This document shows, one piece after another, positions 1 to 9,175 of a stretch of DNA of 36,412 nucleotides; the stretch's first letter is position 1; each line of letters starts with the position of its first letter. A program made the position numbers and the translations under genes. The stretch lies in the sequence record SRR20825006_1111; one strand, written 5' to 3'. The notes beneath the pieces were generated by a model. The model ran no database searches and was not told the origin of the DNA. It saw only the letters and a program-made list of their open reading frames with translations.

Positions 1-944
1 GTGCCGCAGCAGCCGCCGACGATATTGACCAGACCGTCACGGGCCCAGGCGCCGATCTCCCCCCCGGTCTCGTCCGGGGTTTCGTCATAACCGCCGAAAG
101 CATTCGGCAAGCCCGCATTGGGATAGGCACTGACGCGAGTCTCGGCAACGCGGGAAAGCTCCGCCAGAAAACCGCGCAGCTGATGTGCACCGAGCGCGCA
201 ATTGAGACCGACGCTGACCGGCTTGGCATGCCGCACCGAGTTCCAGAAGGCTTCCGGCGTCTGGCCCGAGAGCGTGCGGCCGGAAAGATCAGTGATCGTG
301 CCGGAGATCATCAGCGGCAACCGGATGCCGGTCTCTTCCGCCAGCTCGTCGATCCCGAACAGGGCCGCTTTGGCGTTCAGCGTATCGAAAATGGTTTCCA
401 CCAGCAGCAGATCGGCGCCGCCCTCGATCAGGCCGCGCGCAGCTTCCTTGTAGGCACCGGCCAGCTCGTCGAAATTGGTGTTGCGGAAAGCCGGGTCGTT
501 GACGTCCGGTGAAATTGAGGCCGTCCGGTTGGTCGGGCCAAGCGCACCGGCGACAAAGCAGATCCTCCCCGGATCGGCGGCCTCGGCTTCATCCGCAGCC
601 TTCCGGGCAAGCCGGGCGCCTTCGTAATTCAGCTCATAGACCAAATCTTCGGCAGCATAGTCGGCCTGGGCGATGGTGGTCGCACTGAAGGTATTGGTCT
701 CGACGATATCCGCACCGGCATCAAAATAGGCGCGGTGGATCTCTTCGACGATTTCCGGCCGGGTCAGGTTCAGGATATCGTTATTGCCGCGCAGGTCGGA
801 ACCGTGGTCCGCCAGGCGCTCACCACGATATCCGGCTTCGTCCAGGCTGTAGCCCTGCACCATGGTCCCCATGGCGCCGTCCATCACGAAGATGCGTTCG
901 CCAAGCAGGGTTTCAAAGGCTTTGATCCGGTCTTCCCGATTCAT
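1..944 (-). CDS. metH: Cobalamin-dependent methionine synthase, N-terminal homocysteine-binding domain (runs off the left edge)
   Basis: Manual translation from ATG at 944: [30 protein letters not shown]...[34 protein letters not shown]...GLNCALG...VNIVGGCCG. Zn-ligand motifs are intact. ATGA overlap with the upstream gene. Absent from the ORF track because no stop codon lies in the window. Confidence 0.95.
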   Translation of the reverse strand, partial: MNREDRIKAFETLLGERIFVMDGAMGTMVQGYSLDEAGYRGERLADHGSDLRGNNDILNLTRPEIVEEIHRAYFDAGADIVETNTFSATTIAQADYAAEDLVYELNYEGARLARKAADEAEAADPGRICFVAGALGPTNRTASISPDVNDPAFRNTNFDELAGAYKEAARGLIEGGADLLLVETIFDTLNAKAALFGIDELAEETGIRLPLMISGTITDLSGRTLSGQTPEAFWNSVRHAKPVSVGLNCALGAHQLRGFLAELSRVAETRVSAYPNAGLPNAFGGYDETPDETGGEIGAWARDGLVNIVGGCCG

Positions 945-1810
945 TTTCTTTTCCTTCTCCGGACCAGCGTCGTGGCCCCGAGGCTTGTTTTGATAACGCG
1001 GCGAAGATCGCGCGGCGACGATGATGGCAGGAAGGCAAGCCGCCCCCCCAGCATCGGGTCCTCGCACAGCGTCCGCACCGTATTCGCATCCGCCGCGGGG
1101 CTGAGGGCCACAGCCCCCTTCCAGTGCGGCAGTACATGTCCCAGCAGTGCCGGAGCGGTTTCAGGAATATCGCCCGGGTTCACGCCGATCGCCGCAACCT
1201 GCATGGTCGCGGCCAGCGCGGCGGACTGAGCGAGATCTTCATGGGTCTGCGCACGGTCGAACCGGCCCGGATGCATTGCGGGACGCAGTAACAGCATCAG
1301 GGGAACCTTCTGCTCTGCCTCCGTCATGCCCCAGCGGGCCCCATTCATCGCCGCCGCGACATGCGCGGGACGGGCCGCCACGTCGATCAGCACAGCATCG
1401 ACGCCCCCCGCAACCTGCGCGGAAACAAGACAACGCGCGGCGGACTCGATTTCATCCCCCGTCATGAACCCCGTGACCGGGACTCGCGACGGCAGACGCA
1501 CATCACCGATCACCAACACCTGATGGTTGGCTTCGTCCGCCACCGTCCGGGCCAGCTCGGCGCCGAGATAGCTAACGGCGAAAGCCTCGTCGAACATGCG
1601 GAAGCTACGCAAAAGCTGTGGAGCAGCCCCGCCGGAATTGGTGAAAAGCACCTCGGCGCCCGCTTTCACGAAGCGCCGGTGTACTTTCATCACCAGCTTC
1701 GGACGCTCGATATTCAGCGCCTCTACGCAGCCGCTCTTGCCGACCCAGCGCGCCAGTTGCGAGGCCGGCGCCGGGGCAGCATGCGGGATGCGTTCTCCCA
1801 CTTCCGTCAT
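941..1810 (-). CDS. Homocysteine S-methyltransferase-family protein, degenerate (Zn-binding Cys motifs absent)
   Basis: [30 protein letters not shown] and [10 protein letters not shown]...GGVDAVLID mirror the MetH/BHMT barrel. GVNP replaces GLNC and no GGCC motif is present. ATGA overlaps at both ends. Confidence 0.75.
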   Translation of the reverse strand: MTEVGERIPHAAPAPASQLARWVGKSGCVEALNIERPKLVMKVHRRFVKAGAEVLFTNSGGAAPQLLRSFRMFDEAFAVSYLGAELARTVADEANHQVLVIGDVRLPSRVPVTGFMTGDEIESAARCLVSAQVAGGVDAVLIDVAARPAHVAAAMNGARWGMTEAEQKVPLMLLLRPAMHPGRFDRAQTHEDLAQSAALAATMQVAAIGVNPGDIPETAPALLGHVLPHWKGAVALSPAADANTVRTLCEDPMLGGRLAFLPSSSPRDLRRVIKTSLGATTLVRRRKRK

Positions 1811-2673
1811 GCGGCCTCCGACAGATTCGGGCGCATGCCGAGTAGATGGCAGGTGGCGAAGGTCAGGGACGGCACATTGAGGGTGTAGAAATGGAAATCC
1901 GTCACGCCTTCCTCGATCAGACGATGGCAGAGATCGGCGGCAGTGCTGGCGGCAACCAGCTCGCGCGTCTCCGGGTCATCGTCCAGGCCTTCAAACCGCT
2001 CGAACAGCCAGTCGGGAACAGACGCGCCGCAGCGTTTGCTGAAATTCACCATCCGGCCAAAATGGCCGATTGGCATGATGCCCGGTACCAGTGGCACGTC
2101 GATGCCCGCCTTGGTGACCTTGTCCCGGAAACGCAGGAACTGATCGACATCGAAGAAATACTGGGTGATCGCGCGGTTCGCACCATTGTCGATCTTTGCC
2201 TTGAGATTGGCGATATCCGCCGCCTCTGACGGGGAGTCCGGATGTGCTTCCGGATAAGCCGCGACGGAAATATCGAAGTCTCCGATCCGGCGCAGTCCAG
2301 AGACCAGATCCGCCGCATTCTGATATCCATTCGGGTGCGGCTGGTAACGGCCGGTATCCTGGGGCGGATCGCCACGCAGGGCGACCAGCCGTGTGATGCC
2401 CGCATCAAGCCAGCCCTTGGCGATACCATCAATCTCGGCCTTGTCGGCACCGACGCAGGTCAGGTGCGCCGCAGGCTCCATGCGCCCGTCATTCTTGAGC
2501 TTCTGCACAACTTTCAGGGTGCGCTCCCGCGTGGTTCCGCCGGCACCATAGGTGACCGAGGCGAAGGCCGGACCCAAGGGGGCGAGCTTTTCCACCGTGT
2601 TCCACAGGCGCGCTTCGGCGGCTTCGCTGGAGGGCGGGAAAAATTCAAAGCTGACAGAAAGTTTCTCGGCCAT
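1807..2673 (-). CDS. metF: 5,10-methylenetetrahydrofolate reductase
   Basis: SFEFFPP, SVTYGAGG, AAHLTCV, ALRGDPP, AAYPEAHP, AITQYFFD and HFYTLN motifs. Confidence 0.97.
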   Translation of the reverse strand: MAEKLSVSFEFFPPSSEAAEARLWNTVEKLAPLGPAFASVTYGAGGTTRERTLKVVQKLKNDGRMEPAAHLTCVGADKAEIDGIAKGWLDAGITRLVALRGDPPQDTGRYQPHPNGYQNAADLVSGLRRIGDFDISVAAYPEAHPDSPSEAADIANLKAKIDNGANRAITQYFFDVDQFLRFRDKVTKAGIDVPLVPGIMPIGHFGRMVNFSKRCGASVPDWLFERFEGLDDDPETRELVAASTAADLCHRLIEEGVTDFHFYTLNVPSLTFATCHLLGMRPNLSEAA

Positions 2674-3635
2674 CAGAGCGCCTCCGCCACAAGATCATTG
2701 GCAATTTCAATCCGGCTCTTGCCGGTCCAGATACACACTGTGAGATCTCCACCGTCGATCCGCTCGACATCCTGGATTTCAAGGCCGGCCTTTGCGAACA
2801 GCCGCTCCACATCGGCATCGGAAAATCCGAGCCAGCGATGGGCATGACGTTCCCGCAGGTCCGTAAGGTCATGAGAGGCAAAATCGACCAGCACGAGCCG
2901 GCCTCCCGGGCGCAATACCCGCGCCGCCTCGCGCACCATGTCCGCCGGGTTGTCGGCGTAATGCATCAGCATATTGGCCGTAACCGCGTCGAACCGATGC
3001 GCCGGGAACGGCAGACGGTACATATCGGCATGCCGGACCTGGCAGTTCCGCAGCACTTCCTGATCCAGATAGCTGCGGGCAATCGCCAGCATCTCACGGG
3101 AATTATCGACACCGACCGCAGCCCGGACATCCTCACCGACAAGACGCAGCACGCGCCCCGTTCCGGTGCCGATATCGAGCAGATCACGCACCGGCGCGCT
3201 GAGGATGCGGCGTTTCAGGCGCGTATCGACGCTTTCGTCATCGATATGCTGACCGCGCATATCTTCCCAGTTCTGCGCATTGCGGCGGAAATACTCTTCC
3301 GCCACCTGGGCGCGCTGCAGCTTGATTTCATCCAGACGCTCTAGATCGACGGAGATGACATCGTCATCGTCCGGCGTCAGATCGACCAGCATGCGGGCGA
3401 GATCCGACACGTCGCTGTCTTCGCTCATCCGGTAGAAAGCGCGGCTGCCTTCCTGGTGGCGCTCCAGCAGATTGGCCTCGACCATCAGCTTCAGATGACG
3501 GGAAACCCGGGGCTGGCTTTGCCCAAGCACCTGCACCAGCTCCGTCACGGACAACTCGGCATGCGCACACAAAATCAGGATGCGCAATCGTGTCGGCTCG
3601 GAGACGGCCCGGAGGCCCTGCAGCAAAGTTTCCAT
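2673..3635 (-). CDS. sahR: ArsR-family HTH + SAM-dependent methyltransferase-domain transcriptional regulator (SahR type)
   Basis: N-terminal ArsR HTH (EPTRLRIL...ELSVTELVQVLGQSQPRVSRHLKLM) fused to a class I MTase domain (LLDIGTGTG, RVLRPGGRL). First gene of the metF-metH operon, with a TGATG overlap to metF. ATG at 3635 is preferred over TTG at 3647. Confidence 0.85.
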   Translation of the reverse strand: METLLQGLRAVSEPTRLRILILCAHAELSVTELVQVLGQSQPRVSRHLKLMVEANLLERHQEGSRAFYRMSEDSDVSDLARMLVDLTPDDDDVISVDLERLDEIKLQRAQVAEEYFRRNAQNWEDMRGQHIDDESVDTRLKRRILSAPVRDLLDIGTGTGRVLRLVGEDVRAAVGVDNSREMLAIARSYLDQEVLRNCQVRHADMYRLPFPAHRFDAVTANMLMHYADNPADMVREAARVLRPGGRLVLVDFASHDLTDLRERHAHRWLGFSDADVERLFAKAGLEIQDVERIDGGDLTVCIWTGKSRIEIANDLVAEAL

Positions 3636-3668
3636 CGATTCAGCCAAACAATCTGTTCAGACACAATC

Positions 3669-3688
3669 ATATAAAGATGTCTTTATGT
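3669..3688. promoter_or_regulatory. 20-bp palindromic operator, SahR-box-like
   Basis: ATATAAAG-ATGT-CTTTATGT (7 of 8 arm positions complementary), 34 bp upstream of the sahR ATG and just downstream of the predicted -10. Confidence 0.75.
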
Positions 3689-3716
3689 TTTTATGTCGCG
3701 ATGACGAAAGAGTCAA
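3688..3716 (-). promoter_or_regulatory. Putative sigma70 promoter of sahR-metF-metH
   Basis: Minus strand TTGACT (3716-3711), 17 nt spacer, TAAAAA (3693-3688). Confidence 0.5.
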
Positions 3717-3788
3717 TAACCGAACGCAAGCGGACAGTACGAGCCAGCCCATATGGGCGGCATCCAAGGCTGTACGGAGAATTTGCAG

Positions 3789-3814
3789 AAAAGCTCAGGG
3801 CCGGATTACGGCCC
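3789..3814 (-). terminator. Possible intrinsic terminator after the GT4 gene
   Basis: Minus strand GGGCCG-TAATC-CGGCCC followed by TGAGCTTTT, 8 nt after the stop at 3823. The U-tract is offset, so the call is weak. Confidence 0.35.
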
Positions 3815-3822
3815 GGCGATAT

Positions 3823-4878
3823 TTAAGCGTTCGCCGTGCGCAGGAAAACGGCTTCCATCGCGTCGACATGCGCCGCGAAACCGTGTTTTCGCTGGCCAAT
3901 TTCGTATCCGCCCTCTGCGATACGCTGACAAAGCGCCTTGTCGGTCATAAGCCGCCGGATACAGTCCGCATAACGATCAGCATCGCGGACCGGGAACAGC
4001 AAGCCGGTCTCGCCATCCACAACCGTTTCCGGTATCGGGCCGAAATCGCTGGAGATCACGCAGGTCTTGCGTGCCATCGCCTCCAGAATGGAGACGCTGA
4101 TCAGATCGTCATTGGTCGGGAAGATCATCGCGTCCACATGTGTGAGATAGGCATCGACCTCGGCCGGTGAGATGGAGCCCAGGAAATGCACTTGCCGGGA
4201 CAATCGCGGTGAGTTTGCGACTTTTGCCTTGAGGCGTTCGGCGAAGACGGGAGTGACATCAGGCGAGCCTGCCATGAACACATGAACAGTCGGATCGTCG
4301 AGTATGTCGAGTGCCACCAGGGTAACGTCCTGGCCCTTGCGTGATGCAAGCCAGCCGAGCTGCAGCAGCGACGTCGCGCCTTCCGGCAAGGAAAATGGCT
4401 TCTCGGGTTGACCACTGCGTGGCGGGATCCCATAGGGCACGATATCCACTTGCCGCCCCTGCAGATAAGGTGCGTACAGTTCCTCCGCCTGCCAACGCGT
4501 CGGGAAGACAACGCTGTCGGCGCGCAGGAACGGCTCAACAGGGGTCCGGCCCTTGAGGACGGATGTCAGACCATCCTGCGGCTCATGAACCCAATAAAGC
4601 GTGGGCACTTTTCCCGCCGTCTTGAGAACGATCTCCGCACAAGCCAGCGTATTCGCAATAACAAGGTCGTATTCCTGCGGTCGCGCTTCCCTGACGATTG
4701 AAATACCCGCTGCCTCATAATCTCTGATCAGACCGGGTGCGGCCGTCTCGCCCATCGGCCGCAATACCACGATGTCGTGCTTGTCCGCGAGCGCCGCCAA
4801 CAATCGGTGCAACAGGAGCGGCGCGCCCGAAAAATCCATACGATGACAACAGGCGAGAATCTTCAATTTCTTTGACAT
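3823..4878 (-). CDS. GT-B glycosyltransferase, family 4
   Basis: SGAP N-terminal loop, WVHE, RKGQD and DLISVSILEAM (D-x7-E variant of E-x7-E), ETVVDGETGLL. Confidence 0.88.
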   Translation of the reverse strand: MSKKLKILACCHRMDFSGAPLLLHRLLAALADKHDIVVLRPMGETAAPGLIRDYEAAGISIVREARPQEYDLVIANTLACAEIVLKTAGKVPTLYWVHEPQDGLTSVLKGRTPVEPFLRADSVVFPTRWQAEELYAPYLQGRQVDIVPYGIPPRSGQPEKPFSLPEGATSLLQLGWLASRKGQDVTLVALDILDDPTVHVFMAGSPDVTPVFAERLKAKVANSPRLSRQVHFLGSISPAEVDAYLTHVDAMIFPTNDDLISVSILEAMARKTCVISSDFGPIPETVVDGETGLLFPVRDADRYADCIRRLMTDKALCQRIAEGGYEIGQRKHGFAAHVDAMEAVFLRTANA

Positions 4879-4948
4879 CGCTCCATTACATCCCCATAGA
4901 GTCGGTCACTCCCGCTGCGGGACTTCCATTCATCCTTGGCAACAGGTC

Positions 4949-5170
4949 ATGTTCCTAGAATATATCCAGTCCGCCTCACTGATCGCCGGGATCTTTGCAG
5001 GCATTGCAGCCTTTTTCTGGATTGCCGTCACATTGGCAATTCGCCGTCTGGATCACAGTGCGACGCCTAAAACGCTGGAAGAGCGCGAAGAAGAGATGGA
5101 CGATCTGATCCGCGACGACGCAAACCAGATCAAGAAGAAACGTCAGGACGGGCTGAAAGCCGCATCCTGA
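4949..5170 (+). CDS. Small single-pass membrane protein, unknown function
   Basis: Hydrophobic N-terminal helix (ASLIAGIFAGIAAFFWIAVTLAI), charged tail, AGGT upstream of the ATG. Fills the gap between two minus-strand genes. Confidence 0.6.
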   Translation: MFLEYIQSASLIAGIFAGIAAFFWIAVTLAIRRLDHSATPKTLEEREEEMDDLIRDDANQIKKKRQDGLKAAS

Positions 5171-5234
5171 CGCAAGCGATCTCTTTCTTCTCTCTATCCA
5201 AATCGGCTAGGCCAACCCGACCAGATCAAACCAG

Positions 5235-6155
5235 TCAGGTATTGCTGCCGACATCAAGTGTCCGGCCAATGGCCGTCGCAATCGGACGCATTGCCTTCAT
5301 CATGTCATCGAATTCCCCGAAGGAACTCGCCTGAAGCGGGTCCACCGCCGCATTGCGCGGGTCCGGATGCACTTCCAGCATCAGCGCGTCGGCACCGGCG
5401 GCAACAGACGCCAGCATCATCGACTTGACCCAGGGCTGCCAGAATGTGGCGTGGGACGGATCGGTCATCACCGGCAGATGCGTGACTTCCTGCGCAGCCG
5501 GCACGACCTGGAGGTCGAGCAGAAACCGGGAGGTTGCCCGATGCGTATGCGGCGCCACGACGCCGCGCTCGCACAGCACGATCCGCTGCTCGATACCCAG
5601 CCGGTCATGCTCAAGCGCAATATATTCCGCCGCCATCAGCCAGTCCCGCAGCGAGGAACCATAACCGCGCTTCAGCATCACCGGCATGCCGGTCTTGCCG
5701 ACCTCGGTCAGCAGCGGATAGTTCTGCATGTTCCGCGTGCCGATCTGCAGCATGTCGGCATGTTTGGCAACGATCTCGATCTTGTCGATTTCCATCACCT
5801 CGGTGACGATCGGCAGACCGGTTTCCTGCTTGGCGACAGTCAGCCATTTCAGGCCGTCTTCCCGGCTCTCGAAGAATTTCGGGCTGCGATAGGGGAAGCT
5901 CAGCGGCTTGAAAGCGCCGCCGCGCAGGAAGTGACCGCCCGCGGCTTTGATCGCCTTCGCGCTCTCGACGATCATCTCTTCGTTCTCGACCGTATTCGGG
6001 CCGGCCATGACCGGGATCAGCGGGCCTCCAATTTCAATACCGCCGCAGGTAAAGACCGTCTTGTGGTCTGGCGATTTCTTGGCGACGAGCGGGATCTTCC
6101 CCGCGATATCGTCTTCGGTCAGGTCCTTACCCGGGAATTTGTTCTCTACGGCCAT
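5235..6155 (-). CDS. DAH7P synthase type I-beta / KDO8P synthase family PEP-aldose aldolase with atypical active-site motifs
   Basis: LRGGAFKP, IVTEVM, QIGTRNMQN, MLKRG, LCERG, DPSH and EVHPDP are present, but AGPN and KPLSF replace AGPC and KPRTS. No regulatory ACT/CM domain. RBS AGGAGA. Confidence 0.85.
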   Translation of the reverse strand: MAVENKFPGKDLTEDDIAGKIPLVAKKSPDHKTVFTCGGIEIGGPLIPVMAGPNTVENEEMIVESAKAIKAAGGHFLRGGAFKPLSFPYRSPKFFESREDGLKWLTVAKQETGLPIVTEVMEIDKIEIVAKHADMLQIGTRNMQNYPLLTEVGKTGMPVMLKRGYGSSLRDWLMAAEYIALEHDRLGIEQRIVLCERGVVAPHTHRATSRFLLDLQVVPAAQEVTHLPVMTDPSHATFWQPWVKSMMLASVAAGADALMLEVHPDPRNAAVDPLQASSFGEFDDMMKAMRPIATAIGRTLDVGSNT

Positions 6156-6185
6156 GGTGCGTTCTCTCCTGCTGGGAATTTTTCT

Positions 6186-7367
6186 TCAGCGCCCGTTCAA
6201 CGTCGATAGGATAAAATCCGTGATCCGGGCAAGCAGATTGAATGGTCCGCGTGCGTCGAGATTGGCGGCAAAAGCTTTTGCGCGCTGCTCGAACGCAGGC
6301 TGGGTCAGAATTGCCTTGATGGCATGCTGCACATGTTCGGGCTGAAACCTGTTTCCGGACTGCAGCCCGGTCGAGAGACCTTTTTTGCCCGCGAATAACC
6401 CGTTCTTCAGCTGCTCGAAATGCCGGGGAACGATGCATTGCGGACGTCCCATTGCAAGCACCTGTTCAAGCGTGCCGAGACCGCCATGGTGAATGACAAC
6501 CCTGGACCGCCCAACAGCATCCGGCATCGATTGCGGTTTAGTGTGAATTGTCAGTCCCCGGCTGCGCCACTCTTCGCGCATCGCCTCGTTAGCATCCCTC
6601 AGGTAGATTTCACCCTTCCAGGAGCTTGTCGAGAGGGCTTCCAGCACTTTTGCCGTACCGGCATAGGTCGCGGAGAGATACCCGAAATAATCCTGCTCCG
6701 GCTCGACAGAAAGCGGCTTGCTCAGCGGGTTCAAAGGAGAAATCTCGGTATTTTCCCTGAACTCGGCATAAGGATCGAGTTCAGGAAGTGTCAGTACAAA
6801 GTTCCGCACCCCCTGCATGAGAGCGGGAACCCGGTCCGGCACGGGCTTGGAGCGCCGGGTCTGCACTTCCTTCACAGTCGCCAGCAGACGTGCGGGATCG
6901 ACCCGGTTGGGACTTTCCTTGAAGGTTCTGAATTCCGACCATATTCCCGGCGGCATCGTGAACCAGTCACCGATACAGACAAACGGGCGTTCGCCGTAAA
7001 CAGCCAGTGCGGCGGTTGGCGAATAATCGGTCACCACGATATCCGGATCGTAAGCATCGATGATTGTGCTCCAGCACTCCACCAGCGACATCAGCTTTTC
7101 AGGCTCGATGTAACCAACGGTCGCGAGCACGTCCCCGATCGAGGAGATCGGCTGCTGCCGGACATCCTGCGGCGCATAAGGTTCAACCCATGGCGCATGG
7201 AATACCGGAAACCCGTCCCGTGCGATCACCGGGTGCGTAACCATGAGATTGCGCACTGCGAAGGCACAGTCGACACCATTTTTCGCAAGCTCGCGCGCGA
7301 TCGGCAGCAAGCGGCTTACATGACCAAGCCCATCACCAAGTTCCCAGGCAAACAGGACCCGTTTCAC
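6186..7367 (-). CDS. GT-B glycosyltransferase, GT1/GT28-like
   Basis: N-terminal WELGDGLGHVSR, C-terminal HHGGLGT and PRHFEQ motifs. GTG start overlaps the upstream stop (GTGA). Confidence 0.82.
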   Translation of the reverse strand: MKRVLFAWELGDGLGHVSRLLPIARELAKNGVDCAFAVRNLMVTHPVIARDGFPVFHAPWVEPYAPQDVRQQPISSIGDVLATVGYIEPEKLMSLVECWSTIIDAYDPDIVVTDYSPTAALAVYGERPFVCIGDWFTMPPGIWSEFRTFKESPNRVDPARLLATVKEVQTRRSKPVPDRVPALMQGVRNFVLTLPELDPYAEFRENTEISPLNPLSKPLSVEPEQDYFGYLSATYAGTAKVLEALSTSSWKGEIYLRDANEAMREEWRSRGLTIHTKPQSMPDAVGRSRVVIHHGGLGTLEQVLAMGRPQCIVPRHFEQLKNGLFAGKKGLSTGLQSGNRFQPEHVQHAIKAILTQPAFEQRAKAFAANLDARGPFNLLARITDFILSTLNGR

Positions 7368-9175
7368 CGTCCAGCCTTTTGGTCGCGCAATTCAGTCAGT
7401 GCCGCCCCCACGCGTCCGATCACCCCGGCCCAGTCACCGGGACGTGTCTGCCGGAACAGACGCGCGGACGGATACCAGGGGCTGTCGTCACGATGCTGCA
7501 GCCATCGCCAGTCCGCATTATGGGACAGCAGGACGAAAACCGGTGCCCCCATGGCGCCGACCAGATGGGCCACGGAGGTACAGGTCGTCACCGTGACATC
7601 AAGCTGCCGTACGATCGAGACCGTGTCGGCGAAGCTCTTTATGTCCGGGCTGAGACGAATGAGAGACTTTGGAGCCTTGCTCAGATCCGCTTCGCGCGGG
7701 CCTTTCTGGAGGCTGTAGCACTGGATCCCCTGCAGCCCGAAAAGCGGCGCGTAATGCTCAACCGATGAAGAGCGGATGTTATCCCCGGCGAAAGCGGGAT
7801 TTCCGCCCCAGACGATACCGGCGTTCAATTGCGCATCATTCAGCCCCGGTACCGGAAACCGGTCTTTGCCGATGACATTGATATAGGGAGCCTTCGGCAA
7901 GTCATCGAGGGTCTTTACATCAAGCACCAACGGCAGGGAAAGCTGCGCAAAGTGGCAGTCAAATTCCGGCTCCGCCCCCGGAGTCCGCGGGACCAGTTCG
8001 ACCATGTCCGCATATTCGCTGTAGAGATCAATGACCTCCTCATGCGCCTCGAGGATAATGCGCCCCTTCTTCTGTCCGGATTGGGCGTGCTTTACAGCGT
8101 CAGGCACGAAGCGGAGGAATTGCAGGGCATCACCGATCCCCTGTTCCGCGATGAGAAAAAGGGTACGTCCTTCAAGCGGCCGACCATCCCATTCGGGCTT
8201 GTCGAACTCACGCTTCTTTGTCGGAAAGGATTCCGTTTCCCAGCGCCACTCATACTCTGCAAAACCTTCGCCGAGTTGCCCGTCCGCGAGCAGTGCCAGC
8301 GAAAGGTTCCAGTGGAACATGGCCTTCTCCGGGGCGCAGGACAAAGCCCAGCGAAACATTGCAACCGCACCGGCAGCATTGGAATTCTCTTTTTCGAGAT
8401 TGCCGAGGTTGTAGTAGGCGCCGTCATTGTCCGGCTGGAGCAACGCCGCTCGTTTCAGAGTCTGCCGCGCTTGAGCGAATTCAAGGAGGTGCCGGTAAAC
8501 CGACCCAAGGTTTGAATAAACGGCGGAAAAATCCGGCTGCCAGGCGGCGAGCAGCTCATAAGCTTTCTGTGCTCCCGGGTAGTTCTTTACACCGTATCGC
8601 GCATTGCCGACTTGCAGAACATCGTCCCGGAACCCCGCCTTGAACTCCTGTCCCCTGGCAAGAACCTTCAGGGCGCGTTCATGCTTGCCCTGTTCCCAAT
8701 AAAGTACGGCAAGATCACGCATGGCATCGAGATAGCGCGGCTTCAGATTTACCGCCGCCTCGTAATGCGTGCGCGCCGCCTCCATTTCGCCCCTGCGATA
8801 ACAATAGCCTCCGGAGAAATACTGTATGATCGCATCGCTCGGTGTGGTTTTCAGAGCCACTTTCAAAACGGCGCCAAGCAAATCGCGGTCACCAAGATCC
8901 CGGGCGACGCCCACCGCGAGGCGGTTGAAGAAAACATCGCCTCCCGCGGCCATTTTCATGCCCGTTTTGATTTTTGTACGGGCAAGGTCCTTATTCCCGC
9001 GGAGAAGGGCCCTGCGGGCCTCCAGACCGGTATAGAGGCATGTCTTGCCCACACTGGGGGCCATTTCCGCAAGAATTTTATCCGCGTCCTCGAACTTTTT
9101 CTCGCCGAGAAGGCCGAGCACCTTCTTGGCGTTCTGGTAAAGCTTCACTCTTGTCGCGGAATCAATCGGCTTCAT
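7364..9175 (-). CDS. TPR-repeat + GT9-like glycosyltransferase (TPR-GT 1)
   Basis: TPR helices (VYSNLGSVY, AYYNLGNLE), then EYEWRW, WDGRPLEG, AEQGIGDALQF, GIVWGGNP, SLQKG, TSVAHLVGAMG, DWRW, SPWYPS. Confidence 0.88.
   Translation of the reverse strand: MKPIDSATRVKLYQNAKKVLGLLGEKKFEDADKILAEMAPSVGKTCLYTGLEARRALLRGNKDLARTKIKTGMKMAAGGDVFFNRLAVGVARDLGDRDLLGAVLKVALKTTPSDAIIQYFSGGYCYRRGEMEAARTHYEAAVNLKPRYLDAMRDLAVLYWEQGKHERALKVLARGQEFKAGFRDDVLQVGNARYGVKNYPGAQKAYELLAAWQPDFSAVYSNLGSVYRHLLEFAQARQTLKRAALLQPDNDGAYYNLGNLEKENSNAAGAVAMFRWALSCAPEKAMFHWNLSLALLADGQLGEGFAEYEWRWETESFPTKKREFDKPEWDGRPLEGRTLFLIAEQGIGDALQFLRFVPDAVKHAQSGQKKGRIILEAHEEVIDLYSEYADMVELVPRTPGAEPEFDCHFAQLSLPLVLDVKTLDDLPKAPYINVIGKDRFPVPGLNDAQLNAGIVWGGNPAFAGDNIRSSSVEHYAPLFGLQGIQCYSLQKGPREADLSKAPKSLIRLSPDIKSFADTVSIVRQLDVTVTTCTSVAHLVGAMGAPVFVLLSHNADWRWLQHRDDSPWYPSARLFRQTRPGDWAGVIGRVGAALTELRDQKAGR

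Noticed and set aside
3636-3822. SAM or cobalamin riboswitch ahead of the met operon
   Set aside because: The predicted leader is too short and no riboswitch consensus is recognisable. The palindromic operator explains regulation.
1-4878. Functional link between the met operon (SAM supply) and glycan methylation by FkbM
   Set aside because: Only adjacency supports it. The met operon has its own promoter and operator and a possible terminator separates it from the GT gene.
6420-7718. 432-aa plus-strand ORF (likewise 5367..6209, 13886..14731 and 10099..10839)
   Set aside because: Antisense shadows of well-supported minus-strand genes in GC-rich DNA, with no motifs.
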